This document shows positions 1 to 9,400 of a stretch of 64,000 bases of DNA, piece by piece. Positions within the stretch are counted from its first letter, which is position 1. The number at the start of each line of letters is the position of its first letter. This stretch comes from Elusimicrobiota bacterium (GTDB lineage Bacteria; Elusimicrobiota; Elusimicrobia; UBA1565). Under the pieces are notes generated by a model. It ran no database searches, was not told the origin of the DNA, and worked only from the letters and a program-made list of their open reading frames with translations. The translations under genes were made by a program, and so were the position numbers. The stretch lies in the NCBI GenBank assembly GCA_016212885.1, contig JACRDO010000118.1:6296-70295 (forward strand). The letters run 5' to 3'.

Positions 1-1
1 A

Positions 2-2047
2 ATGAAGCGCAAACCCCTCACGGACGCCTGGAGCCGCGTCGCCATCGAGGCGGTCTCTCCGGAAATCGACGGCGGGCGCTTCCCGGTCAAGAGGACCGTC
101 GGGGAGGCCGTCCGGGTCGAAGCCGACATCTTCGCGGACGGCCACGACGTGCTCGCGGCGCGCCTGCTCCACCGCCGGGACGGATCGAAATCCTGGGCTT
201 CGGCGCCCATGATCTTCTACGACAACGACCGCTGGCGCGGCGAGTTCACGGTGAGCGAGCTCGGCTTTCATCTATACACCATCGAGGCCTGGGTGGACCG
301 CTTCGCGACCTGGAAGCGGGATCTGCGCAAGAGGATCGAAGCGGGCCAGGACGTTTCCGTCGAGCTGCAGGCGGGCGCGGAGCTCGTGGACGCCGCGGCC
401 CTGGGCGCCGCGGGCAAAGACGCGGAGCGCCTGAGGGAGTGCACGGACCTCCTGAAGAAGACCCCGGCGCGGCTCGGGGCCGTGGAAGCTGTCATGAGCC
501 CGGAGACCGCGGCGCTCATGGCCCGCCTCGGCCCGCGGGGCCGCATCACGCGCTACGACAAAGAGCTCGCCGTCGCGGTGGACCGCGAGAGAGCGCGCTT
601 TGGCGCCTGGTACGAGTTCTTCCCGCGCTCCACCGCGCCGGAGGCAGGGCGCCACGGCAACTTCAAGGACTGCGAGAAGCGCCTGGAATACGCCGCCTCG
701 ATGGGATTCGACGTGGTCTATCTTCCGCCCATCCATCCCATCGGCCGGATGCACCGGAAGGGCCGCAACAACCAGACGACCTGCCTGCCCACGGACCCGG
801 GAAGCCCCTGGGCCATCGGCTCGGAGCAGGGCGGCCACTGCGCCGTGCACCCGGAGCTCGGAACCTTGGAGGATTTCCGGGCCTTCCGCGAGAAGGCCGG
901 GAAGCTGGGCCTGGAGGTCGCGCTGGACATCGCTCTTCAGTGCTCGCCGGACCACCCCTACGCCAAGGAGCACCCGGAGTGGTTCAAGCGGCGTCCCGAC
1001 GGCACCATACGCTACGCGGAGAACCCCCCCAAGAAGTACGAGGACATCTACCCCTTCGACATGGAGTCCGAAGCTTGGACCCCGCTCTGGGAGGAGCTCA
1101 AGAACATCTTCCTGTTCTGGGGCGAGCAGGGGATCCGCATCTTCCGCGTGGACAACCCCCACACCAAGCCCTTCGCCTTCTGGGAGTGGGCCATCCAGGA
1201 GGTCAAGAGGCGCTACCCGGACGCGCTCTTCCTCTCCGAAGCCTTCACCCGGCCGAAGGTGATGTACCAGCTGGCCAAGCTGGGGTTCACGCAGTCCTAC
1301 ACCTACTTCGCCTGGCGCAGCACCAAATCGGAGCTGACCCAGTACCTCAGCGAGCTCACGCGGCCTCCGCTTTGCGAGTTCTTCCGCCCGAGCTTCTGGC
1401 CCAACACACCGGACATCCTCACCGCGGTCCACGTGGAGGGAGGCCGCCCCGCCTTCATGTCCCGCTTCGTCCTGGCGTCCACTCTGGGCGCAAGCTACGG
1501 CATCTACGGCCCGGCCTTCGAGCTGTGCGTCAAAGCGCCGCGCCAGAGCGGCAGCGAGGAGTACCTGGACTCGGAGAAGTACGAGATCAAGCATTGGAAC
1601 CTGAACGCCCCGCACAGCCTCAAGGGCCTCATCGCCAAGGTCAACCGCGCCCGGCGGGAGAACCCCGCGCTCCAGAGCGACCGCGGCCTGCGCTTCCACG
1701 GCACGGACAACGAAAGCCTCCTCTGCTACAGCAAGCAGGACGAGGGCTTAAGCAACGTCGTGCTCGTGGTCGTGAACCTCGACTGGCGCTACGTCCAGTC
1801 CGGCTGGGTGGACATCCCCGTCGCTTCCCTGGGCTTAGACCCCGCCCGGCCCTACGAGGTGCGCGACGTCCTGAGCGGGGCGCGCTACAAGTGGGGCGCG
1901 CGGAACTTCGTCAAGCTGGACCCGAACGTCATGCCGGCGCACGTGTTCCAAGTGTCCCAGCAGTCGTCCCTTGCCGCTTCCTGCATAGCGTCAAGGGACG
2001 TTGCGAGCGGAAAACAGCAGCGCAACGAAGATTTTTCGAAGGATTGA
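2..2047 (+). CDS. glgE: alpha-1,4-glucan:maltose-1-phosphate maltosyltransferase (GlgE, GH13_3)
   Basis: 681-aa ORF starting at window position 2. Contains GH13 alpha-amylase catalytic-domain blocks ('GFDVVYLPPIHPIG', 'IRIFRVDNPHTKP', 'LFLSEAFTRPK'). The GlgE-type N-terminal domain and length are recognisable. The C-terminal ~30 aa may be read-through past the true stop. Confidence 0.85.
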   Translation: MKRKPLTDAWSRVAIEAVSPEIDGGRFPVKRTVGEAVRVEADIFADGHDVLAARLLHRRDGSKSWASAPMIFYDNDRWRGEFTVSELGFHLYTIEAWVDRFATWKRDLRKRIEAGQDVSVELQAGAELVDAAALGAAGKDAERLRECTDLLKKTPARLGAVEAVMSPETAALMARLGPRGRITRYDKELAVAVDRERARFGAWYEFFPRSTAPEAGRHGNFKDCEKRLEYAASMGFDVVYLPPIHPIGRMHRKGRNNQTTCLPTDPGSPWAIGSEQGGHCAVHPELGTLEDFRAFREKAGKLGLEVALDIALQCSPDHPYAKEHPEWFKRRPDGTIRYAENPPKKYEDIYPFDMESEAWTPLWEELKNIFLFWGEQGIRIFRVDNPHTKPFAFWEWAIQEVKRRYPDALFLSEAFTRPKVMYQLAKLGFTQSYTYFAWRSTKSELTQYLSELTRPPLCEFFRPSFWPNTPDILTAVHVEGGRPAFMSRFVLASTLGASYGIYGPAFELCVKAPRQSGSEEYLDSEKYEIKHWNLNAPHSLKGLIAKVNRARRENPALQSDRGLRFHGTDNESLLCYSKQDEGLSNVVLVVVNLDWRYVQSGWVDIPVASLGLDPARPYEVRDVLSGARYKWGARNFVKLDPNVMPAHVFQVSQQSSLAASCIASRDVASGKQQRNEDFSKD

Positions 2048-2530
2048 AGCCCAGAACCCGCTGAGGCTTGATGGCGTTACCGTCGCATAGTCCTGTAAGA
2101 CTATTACATCGATTTCCTTGACGGCCCTGAAACGGAAATCGTTGGTAATAAACACATCGGCGCCCCTGCGGATTGCCGTAGCCATTTGAATGGCGTCCGG
2201 CGTCCTAAGATTATATTTCGCCCGCAATTGCGCGGCCTTTTCGGCCAGCTCTTCTTCGAGCGGGTAGAGACGCAATCCGCGGCTGTGCAACAGAATGTCT
2301 CTGTATTGCAAGGCCAAGTCACGCGCCCCTTCCTTCAGGGGCTTGACCATGACTTCCAGCAGGGTGATATAAGAAGAAATTCCGCGCGCCGCGCCTTTGT
2401 CGATTCGAGAGAAAACCTCCCGCAGGATCGGGAGATGGGCCGGACTTGCCTCAATGAAGTAGATGATGGGGCTGGTGTCGAGGCATAGCACCCTCTTTCC
2501 GTCCAGGGCGCTATTTAGCTTCCCATTCAT
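1991..2530 (-). CDS. vapC: PIN-domain toxin (VapC family)
   Basis: PIN signature 'RVLCLDTSPIIYFIE' plus acidic residues (…DAIQMATAI…NDFRF). Lies immediately downstream of, and overlapping, a small antitoxin ORF. An internal start (GTG/ATG near 2490) is possible. Confidence 0.7.
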   Translation of the reverse strand: MNGKLNSALDGKRVLCLDTSPIIYFIEASPAHLPILREVFSRIDKGAARGISSYITLLEVMVKPLKEGARDLALQYRDILLHSRGLRLYPLEEELAEKAAQLRAKYNLRTPDAIQMATAIRRGADVFITNDFRFRAVKEIDVIVLQDYATVTPSSLSGFWASILRKIFVALLFSARNVP

Positions 2531-2744
2531 CTCTTAGCGAATCCACGTACTGCTGCGGCTCGATGTTCTTCCAGATATCTTTGCCCAGTCCCTGAAGTTT
2601 GGAAAGACTCGCCGGCGCAGCGGCCTCCTGCGAAGTAATAGCGGTGTCCCGCACGGACAGAAGCCGGACAGCTTCGCTGATCACTTCTTCAGATTCGACA
2701 TAATCATAGGGTGCCTCAAGATTTGCCATCGTCACAAGCGCCAT
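2511..2744 (-). CDS. VapB-type antitoxin (small acidic protein)
   Basis: ~77-aa ORF directly upstream of, and overlapping, the PIN gene. Acidic C-terminus. Start taken at the second Met (MALVTMANLE…). Confidence 0.5.
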   Translation of the reverse strand: MALVTMANLEAPYDYVESEEVISEAVRLLSVRDTAITSQEAAAPASLSKLQGLGKDIWKNIEPQQYVDSLRDEWEAK

Positions 2745-3477
2745 TCTTGACCTCCTCAAAAAGTCCGCGAAGCCGATCCGTTATGCTGCTCTCAAAAACG
2801 GCCTCCACATTGTCATGAGCCTTAAGCAGCTCACCGCGCAAATTCTTCAAATCTAGCGGCGATTCCGGAACGAGAGTATCATAGATATCCAGCAAAAACG
2901 CGGTCGCATCGGGACCCGGGGGTTTCGCATACCCGAAGGTCGCGAGCAAAAGGTGCCCTTCGCGCAGCGGGTTGATTTCGACGCGCATGACAAAAGATCC
3001 GTGACTCGCCCCCAAATCCGCCGGTATATGCGGGTAAATCTGGAAGAAATCTTTTATCGGCGCTTTGGGGATCGCGATATGGTTGATATAGCGCAACCCT
3101 ATCTGTTTAATGCTCGAAGGCGAGGTCAAGTCCGCATACTTTGCCGCCACAGCTTCGACAACCGGCTCCCAATCCTCAAATTGCGGATAGGGCTTTAGCT
3201 GGTTGACGACGATCAAGTCCGGCGCTATTTGAATGATTCGGCTCTTGTCCGCCGTCAGAAATTGGATGCGGGGAGTCCCCCTTCTCTTCGTGATACGTTC
3301 GACCTGTGGAGAGAAATTTATCTCAATGCCGAGCTGTTCGAGCTGGCGCCTTTCGGGATATTCTTCCCTGATTTTTTCGTAGAACAACCCCGGGATTGCG
3401 GCATCCCATTGCGAGCCCTGGAAATGAATTTCGCAGAGGGCCTCAACAATCGGAGGGTTTCGGTATTTTTTGCCCAT
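2716..3477 (-). CDS. TIGR04255-family conserved hypothetical protein
   Basis: N-terminal 'YRNPPIVEALCEIHFQG' resembles the TIGR04255 family N-terminal signature as I recall it. 253-aa ORF with regional codon usage. Confidence 0.5.
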   Translation of the reverse strand: MGKKYRNPPIVEALCEIHFQGSQWDAAIPGLFYEKIREEYPERRQLEQLGIEINFSPQVERITKRRGTPRIQFLTADKSRIIQIAPDLIVVNQLKPYPQFEDWEPVVEAVAAKYADLTSPSSIKQIGLRYINHIAIPKAPIKDFFQIYPHIPADLGASHGSFVMRVEINPLREGHLLLATFGYAKPPGPDATAFLLDIYDTLVPESPLDLKNLRGELLKAHDNVEAVFESSITDRLRGLFEEVKNGACDDGKS

Positions 3478-3599
3478 AGTCAGAAAAAAGGGGATGACAA
3501 TGTGGTTTTCAAGAGCGTCCGATTATACATTATTCGTCAAAGGCCTTTGCCCGCCCGGACATGTTGCTCTAATGTCTTTTTTCCTGTCGCGCGTTTGCC

Positions 3600-3629
3600 T
3601 TGACGCCGATGCGCACAATCTAATTTAAT
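3600..3629 (+). promoter_or_regulatory. candidate sigma70-like promoter for the cyclophilin gene (TTGACG…TAATTTAAT)
   Basis: TTGACG at 3600-3605 and TAATTT/TTTAAT at 3621-3629, just upstream of the ATG at 3640. The leader would be very short, so this is tentative. Confidence 0.25.
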
Positions 3630-3639
3630 CCCTATCGCT

Positions 3640-4323
3640 ATGAACAAGCTCATGACCTGCTCGCTCGCCGCCGCCGTCATGCTCTCGGCCGTGGGGATGA
3701 GCCCCCTCCTCGCGGCCGGGAAGACCTCCGCAAAGGCCAAGGACAAGAAAATGGATCTGCTCTCGCCCGGAAAAGCCGTCGAGAAGGCGCCCGCCGTCTT
3801 CAAGGCCAAGTTCGCGACCACGAAGGGAGACTTCGTCGTCGAAGTCCACCGCGACTGGGCCCCCAACGGAGCGGACCGCTTCTACAACATCGTGAAGCTC
3901 GGCTACCTCAACGACGTCGCCTTCTTCCGGAACATCGCGGGGTTCATGGTCCAGTTCGGCATCAACGGGGACCCGGCGGTGAACGCCAAGTGGAAGGAAG
4001 CCCTCATCCCGGACGACCCGGCCGGGGTCCAATCGAACAAGCCCGGCTTCATCACCTTCGCGACCTCGGGACAGAACAGCCGCACCACCCAGCTCTTCAT
4101 CAACTTCGGCGACAACTCCAGGCTGGATTCCATGGGATTTTCGCCCTTCGGGAAGGTGGTCGAAGGGATGGGGGTCGTCAACAGCCTCTACTCGGGCTAC
4201 GGCGAAGGCGCCCCGCGCGGGGCGGGCCCGGACCAGGGCCGCATCCAGTCCGAGGGGAACGCCTACCTGAAGAAGGATTTCCCGAAGCTGGACTACGCCA
4301 AGACCGTCAAGCTCGCGAAGTAA
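3640..4323 (+). CDS. ppiB: secreted cyclophilin-type peptidyl-prolyl cis-trans isomerase
   Basis: Signal peptide (MNKLMTCSLAAAVMLSAVG…). Cyclophilin motifs: 'FFRNIAGFMVQFG', 'GFITFATSGQNSRTTQLFINF'. Confidence 0.85.
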   Translation: MNKLMTCSLAAAVMLSAVGMSPLLAAGKTSAKAKDKKMDLLSPGKAVEKAPAVFKAKFATTKGDFVVEVHRDWAPNGADRFYNIVKLGYLNDVAFFRNIAGFMVQFGINGDPAVNAKWKEALIPDDPAGVQSNKPGFITFATSGQNSRTTQLFINFGDNSRLDSMGFSPFGKVVEGMGVVNSLYSGYGEGAPRGAGPDQGRIQSEGNAYLKKDFPKLDYAKTVKLAK

Positions 4324-4330
4324 GAACGCC

Positions 4331-5635
4331 TCAGGGCTGCGGCTTAAGAGGCGAGGGCTGAACGGACTTCAGCGCCTCCCTGCGCAGATAGCGGTTGAAG
4401 GCCTTCTTCGCCGCGGGCGTATCGATCCTCGACAAGGCGAGAGCCGCGCTGTAGCGCACCGCCGCGCTCGGGTCGCGCAGGGCCTTGACGATGTCCTTCA
4501 CCGAGGCCGCGGCGGGGACCCCGATGTTCCCGAGCGCGAGGATCGCGCTGGAGCGCACCCGCGGGCTTAAGTCCCGCAGGAGCCTGCGCAGCGGTTCGAC
4601 GGCTTCGCCGGCTTTAGGCCCCATCTTCCCCAGCTCGTCGGCCGCGCGGGAGCGCGCCTTCGCGTCTGCGCTCCTGAGCGATTCCAGGAGCCCCGGCAGG
4701 GGGTCATGGGCCGGCTTGGGCGCTCCGGCGTCCTCCATCAGCGCTCCCTCGCCGTGGACCTCCGGCGAGCCCCGCATCTCGATCGGCGGCTGGGTCCGCA
4801 GAGACTCCGCGGCCGGAGGCCGCCGCTTCGGGAAGCTGTCCTCCGCCAGCAAGGCGTCGATCTCCCGGGCGCGCTGCTCGTCCAGCTCCGGAGGCTTCGG
4901 TGCCTCGGGAAAGAGGAGCTCGGGAGACTCGGTCGACGGGGGAGGAGCCTCCTCGGGAGGAGGCAGGGACTCAGCTTCAGAGGGCTTCGGAGCTTCTTCG
5001 GCGCCTTTCGTTTGCTTCGCTTTCCTCCTTGGCATCGGGCTGGAAGAGGATCGGCAGACGTTCAGATCCTCCTCCGGGTTGGCCGTGGGGGAGGGCTCGT
5101 TCCGGGGGATAACCTCCTCCTTGCGCAGCCAGTACCAGGCGTTGAGGCGCATCACCCCGCTTTCGTCCTGAAGCCCTTCTTCCACCGCGGCAAGCCCTTC
5201 CTCCCCCAGGCTGCCCAGCCAGTGGAGCGCGCTGATCCTCACGATGCGGCAGGGCTCCTCGCGGAGGGCGCGCTCAAGAGAGGGGATGGCCGGTTGGCCG
5301 ATGCGCCCGAGCCAATGCACAGCTGTGAAGCGCACCTGCCAATCCGGGTCCTCGAGCGCGAGGGCCAGCGCACCGGCCGCGGGCGCGCCCATGGCGCCCA
5401 GGGAGTGGACCGCATGGATGCGCTCGTTCCAGTCGCCCCCTCTGAGCGTGCGGGTCAAGACAGGCAGCTCATCGGGCGGAGTGGCCGGCATCCCCCCAGG
5501 GTAGGGCTCCTGAAGCTGCGTCTGCGCTCTCGCCGGGGATGCCGCGCCGATCTTGATCTTCCCGTTTTGATCCTCAGCGCGGGCCACGGCGCCGGCCCAC
5601 GCGGCCAAGGCCAACAACTGAATGGCGATCCTCAT
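4331..5635 (-). CDS. HEAT/PBS-lyase repeat protein with signal peptide
   Basis: Start chosen at 'MRIAIQLLALAAWAGAVA' (the first Met of the ORF lies inside the PP2C gene). Repeated 'VR..A..ALG.IG' HEAT-like units. Start codon overlaps the PP2C stop by 1 nt (ATGA). Confidence 0.7.
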   Translation of the reverse strand: MRIAIQLLALAAWAGAVARAEDQNGKIKIGAASPARAQTQLQEPYPGGMPATPPDELPVLTRTLRGGDWNERIHAVHSLGAMGAPAAGALALALEDPDWQVRFTAVHWLGRIGQPAIPSLERALREEPCRIVRISALHWLGSLGEEGLAAVEEGLQDESGVMRLNAWYWLRKEEVIPRNEPSPTANPEEDLNVCRSSSSPMPRRKAKQTKGAEEAPKPSEAESLPPPEEAPPPSTESPELLFPEAPKPPELDEQRAREIDALLAEDSFPKRRPPAAESLRTQPPIEMRGSPEVHGEGALMEDAGAPKPAHDPLPGLLESLRSADAKARSRAADELGKMGPKAGEAVEPLRRLLRDLSPRVRSSAILALGNIGVPAAASVKDIVKALRDPSAAVRYSAALALSRIDTPAAKKAFNRYLRREALKSVQPSPLKPQP

Positions 5636-6411
5636 CAAGCCTTTCCCTTCAGCTCCACGGCCATCGCCGTAATGTTGTCCTCGCCTCCGGCCTCGTTCGC
5701 CTCTGCGACCAGCCTTTGGCAGGCGGCTTCGGGCGAGGGTTCTTCCGCCAGGACCGCCTGGATCCTTTCGTCCGGAAGCATGCCCCAGAGGCCGTCGGTG
5801 CACAAGAGCAGCCTGCCGGGGACTTTGACCCGGACCGTCTGCACGTCGGCGATTGCATGGCCGTCCATTCCGACGTAGCGGCTGAGGCGGTGGCGCCCGG
5901 GATGGGCTTGCGCCTGCTCTGGCGTGATCTTCTTGTGCGCGAGGAGGACCGCTGTGATGGTGTGGTCCTTGCTCAGGCGCCTGAGCCGTCCCTTTTCCAG
6001 AAGATACGCCCGGCTGTCGCCCAGGTTCGCCGCATAGACGCGCCGGCCTTTGATGAAAGCCAGGACCATGGCCGCGCCCATGCCAACGAGCCGGGAGTCC
6101 TGCTTCGAGCGCTCGCGAAGCTCCGCGCTGAATTGCGCGATGGATTCTTTGAGCGCATCCTTGACCGCCTTTCCGGTCCGCTTGGGCAGGGCCGCGAGCT
6201 TTTCTTGGACTATCTTCGGCAGGACCTCGGCTGTCGCCTTGGCCGCCACCTCGCCTGAGCTCATTGCGCCCATCCCGTCCGCCACGAGGAAGAGTCCTGT
6301 TGCGGGGTCCGCGCTCCAGGCGTCCTCGTTGGAGGCCCGCACGCGGCCCGTGTCGCTGAGGCAGTGGGATGCGATAGGAGGCTCTTCGCCCATCCGGCTG
6401 GTATTATGCAA
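5635..6411 (-). CDS. PP2C-family Ser/Thr protein phosphatase
   Basis: PP2C motifs: 'DTGRVRASNEDA', 'FLVADGMGA', 'GDSRAYL', 'LCTDGLWG', and a 'GGEDNITAMAV' tail. Confidence 0.85.
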   Translation of the reverse strand: MHNTSRMGEEPPIASHCLSDTGRVRASNEDAWSADPATGLFLVADGMGAMSSGEVAAKATAEVLPKIVQEKLAALPKRTGKAVKDALKESIAQFSAELRERSKQDSRLVGMGAAMVLAFIKGRRVYAANLGDSRAYLLEKGRLRRLSKDHTITAVLLAHKKITPEQAQAHPGRHRLSRYVGMDGHAIADVQTVRVKVPGRLLLCTDGLWGMLPDERIQAVLAEEPSPEAACQRLVAEANEAGGEDNITAMAVELKGKA

Positions 6412-6428
6412 TATTGCGCGTGAAGCCC

Positions 6429-9400
6429 TCAGCGCTTCTTGTTCTCCGTCTTCTCCTGCTTCAGAGTGTTGCCCAAGTCCAGCTTCTGGAACTTGTGCCC
6501 GATCCCGCGGGAGAAGCCTTCTCCGCCGCTCAAAGGACTAAGCCCCTTGTTTTCCGCAGCATTGACCTCCTGCAAGCCCTTGACGCAGTCCATGTTGGCC
6601 GGATCCAGCTGCCTGCAGAGCCGCCACTCCTCGCGCGCTCTCTCATAATCGCCATTGCGAAAGGCCGCGAGCCCGATCCCCCAGCGCCGCTTTGCAGCTT
6701 CATTGTCCGGAGCTTTGCCCTCAACCGCGGGGATGAACGGCGGCTTCTGCTCCCCGGAATCATCCCCCGCCGCGGATTCCCCCCGAAAAATCGCCTGCCG
6801 CCCCTGCTGCAGCATGTCGAGGCTCGACTTCGGCTCAGGCGCAGCGGGCTTGCGCCCATCTTCCGGGGGCGCCGGCTTGGCGAATGCCGCTTTCCCGGAC
6901 CCCGCCCTCTCCTCCTTCGCTGCGGAAGTCTTCATCCGCATCACGCCGAAAAACGCGAGGATCACGGCTGCCGCGGCCGCGGCTGCGCCGATCCAGAAAT
7001 ATTTCGGCACGGGCCGCGCCTCGCCCCATCCCTCTTTGCCCACGGCCTCCAGCTTCCTGCGCACGCCTTCCGGCTTCAGCCACCCGAAGCCCCTTCGGCC
7101 CAGCTCCTCCAGCAGGGCCTCGAACTCCTCTTCCCCCAGGCCTTTCTCCACGGGGGACATCCCGGTCTTCCTGCGCGCAGCCAGGAAACTTTCCACATAC
7201 GGCCTCGCTTCTTTGTCCCAGTCCAAGGCCGCGGGGAAGACGTAGCTCCAATCGAGCTCCCAAACGCTCACTCCCTCGGCCCCGGCGAAAACCGCGCGCC
7301 TCGCGTCCGGCGTCAGGCAGACCGAGCTCGCCTCCCCCTGCGGACCCTCGAAGGTCCACACGCTCTCGCCCGCGGCGAGATCCCAGAGCCTGGGCTTCCC
7401 GTCCGCGCCGGCGCTCAGCGCGAACCTGCCCTCCGGCGTCGCGCAGACGCCGTGCACCGGCCCCTCGTGTCCTTCAAAGGTCCTTGCGCATCTGCCGGTC
7501 GAAAGCTCCCACAGCTTGAGAGTCTTGTCCGCGCTCGCCGACAAGGCATGGCGCCCATTCGGCAGGATGCAGGCTGAAAGCACGGCGCCTGAATGCCCTT
7601 CGAGCGCGCGGATGCGGCCGCCCCCCGGAAGGCCCCATAGGCATAGAGAGCAATCCTTGCCGCCGCTCAGCGCGAGAGCCCCGTCCGGGCTTGCGGCCAC
7701 GCACGCGACCGAGCCCGCGTGGGCCTCGACCGAAAGCTCCTGCTTCCCAAGCCAAAGGTCGAAAAGCCTGAGGGTCTTGTCCGAGTTTCCCGACAGCGCC
7801 GACGCCCCATCGGGGGTCGTGCAAATCGAGCACACCGGCCCGCCCAAGCCCTTCAACGACCGCACGGGTTTGCCGCTCGGCAGCTCCCAAAGCTTCACGG
7901 CCCCGTCCGCGCCTCCCGACACGGCGTGCTTGCCGTTGGCAGCCGCGCAGACCGCGCTCACAGGCCCCTCATGCGCCTGCAGACTCCAGAGCAGTGCGCC
8001 CGTGGAGATATGCCAAAGCCTCAGAGTCTTGTCCTCGTGGCCCGAAAGGACATGCCTGCCGTCCGGCGTCGCGCAGGCGCACAGAGCGGAGCCCGACCCA
8101 GGCAGCGACAGCTTCCGCCAAGCGGCCCGCAAGCCTTTGCGCACGCCCTTGTGCCCGAGCCTGTGCATCAGCTCCAGCGCTTGGGCGGACTGCTCGTAGC
8201 CCTGGACCCCGCGCGCCTTCGCTATCGTCTGGCACGCCTGATCCCATCGGCCCAAGGCGAGCTCCTGCTCGGCCCTCGCCATCAGGGTCCTGAACGCGGA
8301 GTCCTCCATCTTCGCGCTCTCCGCGCCCTTTGGGAACGCGACGAAGAGCTCGATGGAATCGTCGAAAGCGCCGCCTTCGGCTTTGCGCCTGGCGCGCTCT
8401 ATGAGCGGGTTTTTCTGCGACAGCTCAAGGGCGCCGTCCAATTCCTTCGCCGCCGAACCGCGGTCCTTGCCGCGCAGATGCGCCAAGCCCATCAGATAGC
8501 CGGGGATCCAATCCCTGGGCCGCGACTTGCGGCTTTCAGCCAGGCGCGAAATCAGCTCCGCGGCCTTCATCTTCCCGGCGCCCAAGAGCAGCATCCCGCG
8601 GTTGTACAAGGCCCCGGGATGGGTCGGGTCGATTTTCAACGCCTCCTCAAAGAGCCTCAGCGCTTCCTCGCTCCGGCGCAGGTCCGCCATGGACACGCCC
8701 TGGTTGTTGAGCGCGTCGGCCATCAGCGGCACGGCCTTTACCGCCTCGCGCGGGTAGGCTTCGCCCACGAGCCTTCGATACGCGGACTCCAGCCGCTCCT
8801 GCAGGAGCTTGAAGTCCTTGGGACGCTTGACGGGCTCGGGCGAGAGGCAGGAGGCGATGACCTCGCGGATGTCCGCATCCAGCTTCGCCGGCATCTTCAA
8901 GGCCCACCCGCTCTCGAGCATCCGCGCGTAGAAGGCGTCCGGAGGTTCGCCGTCATTCATCCCGAACGGCTTCCCAGCCAAAGCGAACTCATGCAGGATC
9001 ACGCCGAAAGCCCAGATGTCCGCGGCCTGAGCGGCCTTTCCGGCCTGGCGCCACTGCTCAGGCGCCATGTACTCGGGAGTGCCCAGCCGGCCGGTCATGG
9101 TCGCTTCCCGCACCTTCGCGATCTTCGCCCCCTTGTGAAGCTCTTCGGCCGATTCCGCCTCCTCCTCTTCTTCCCCGACCTTGGCCAAGCCGAAATCCGT
9201 GACCTTGAGCGTTCCCCCAGGCGTCATGAGGCAGTTGCCGGGCTTCAAGTCCCGATGCACCAGGCCCCTTGAGTGGGCGTGCTCCATCGCGCGGGCTATC
9301 TGGATGGCCGCGTCCAAGGCCGTCTTCGCGTCCTGGACCTTCCGGGATTTGAGCCAATCGGCGAGGCTCCCGCCTTCCATGTACTCGATGAAGATGCGCG

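Noticed and set aside
439-2064. Long alternative-frame and antisense ORFs (e.g. 439-2064+, 272-1699-, 7719-9272+, 16907-19723+, 22248-24545+, 21562-22638-, 25379-26239-)
   Set aside because: They are typical of high-GC DNA: Arg/Pro/Gly/Ala-rich, with no domain signatures, and overlapping strongly supported genes on the other strand or frame. The 16907-19723 ORF is simply the ettA-frame read-through joining into the methyltransferase frame.
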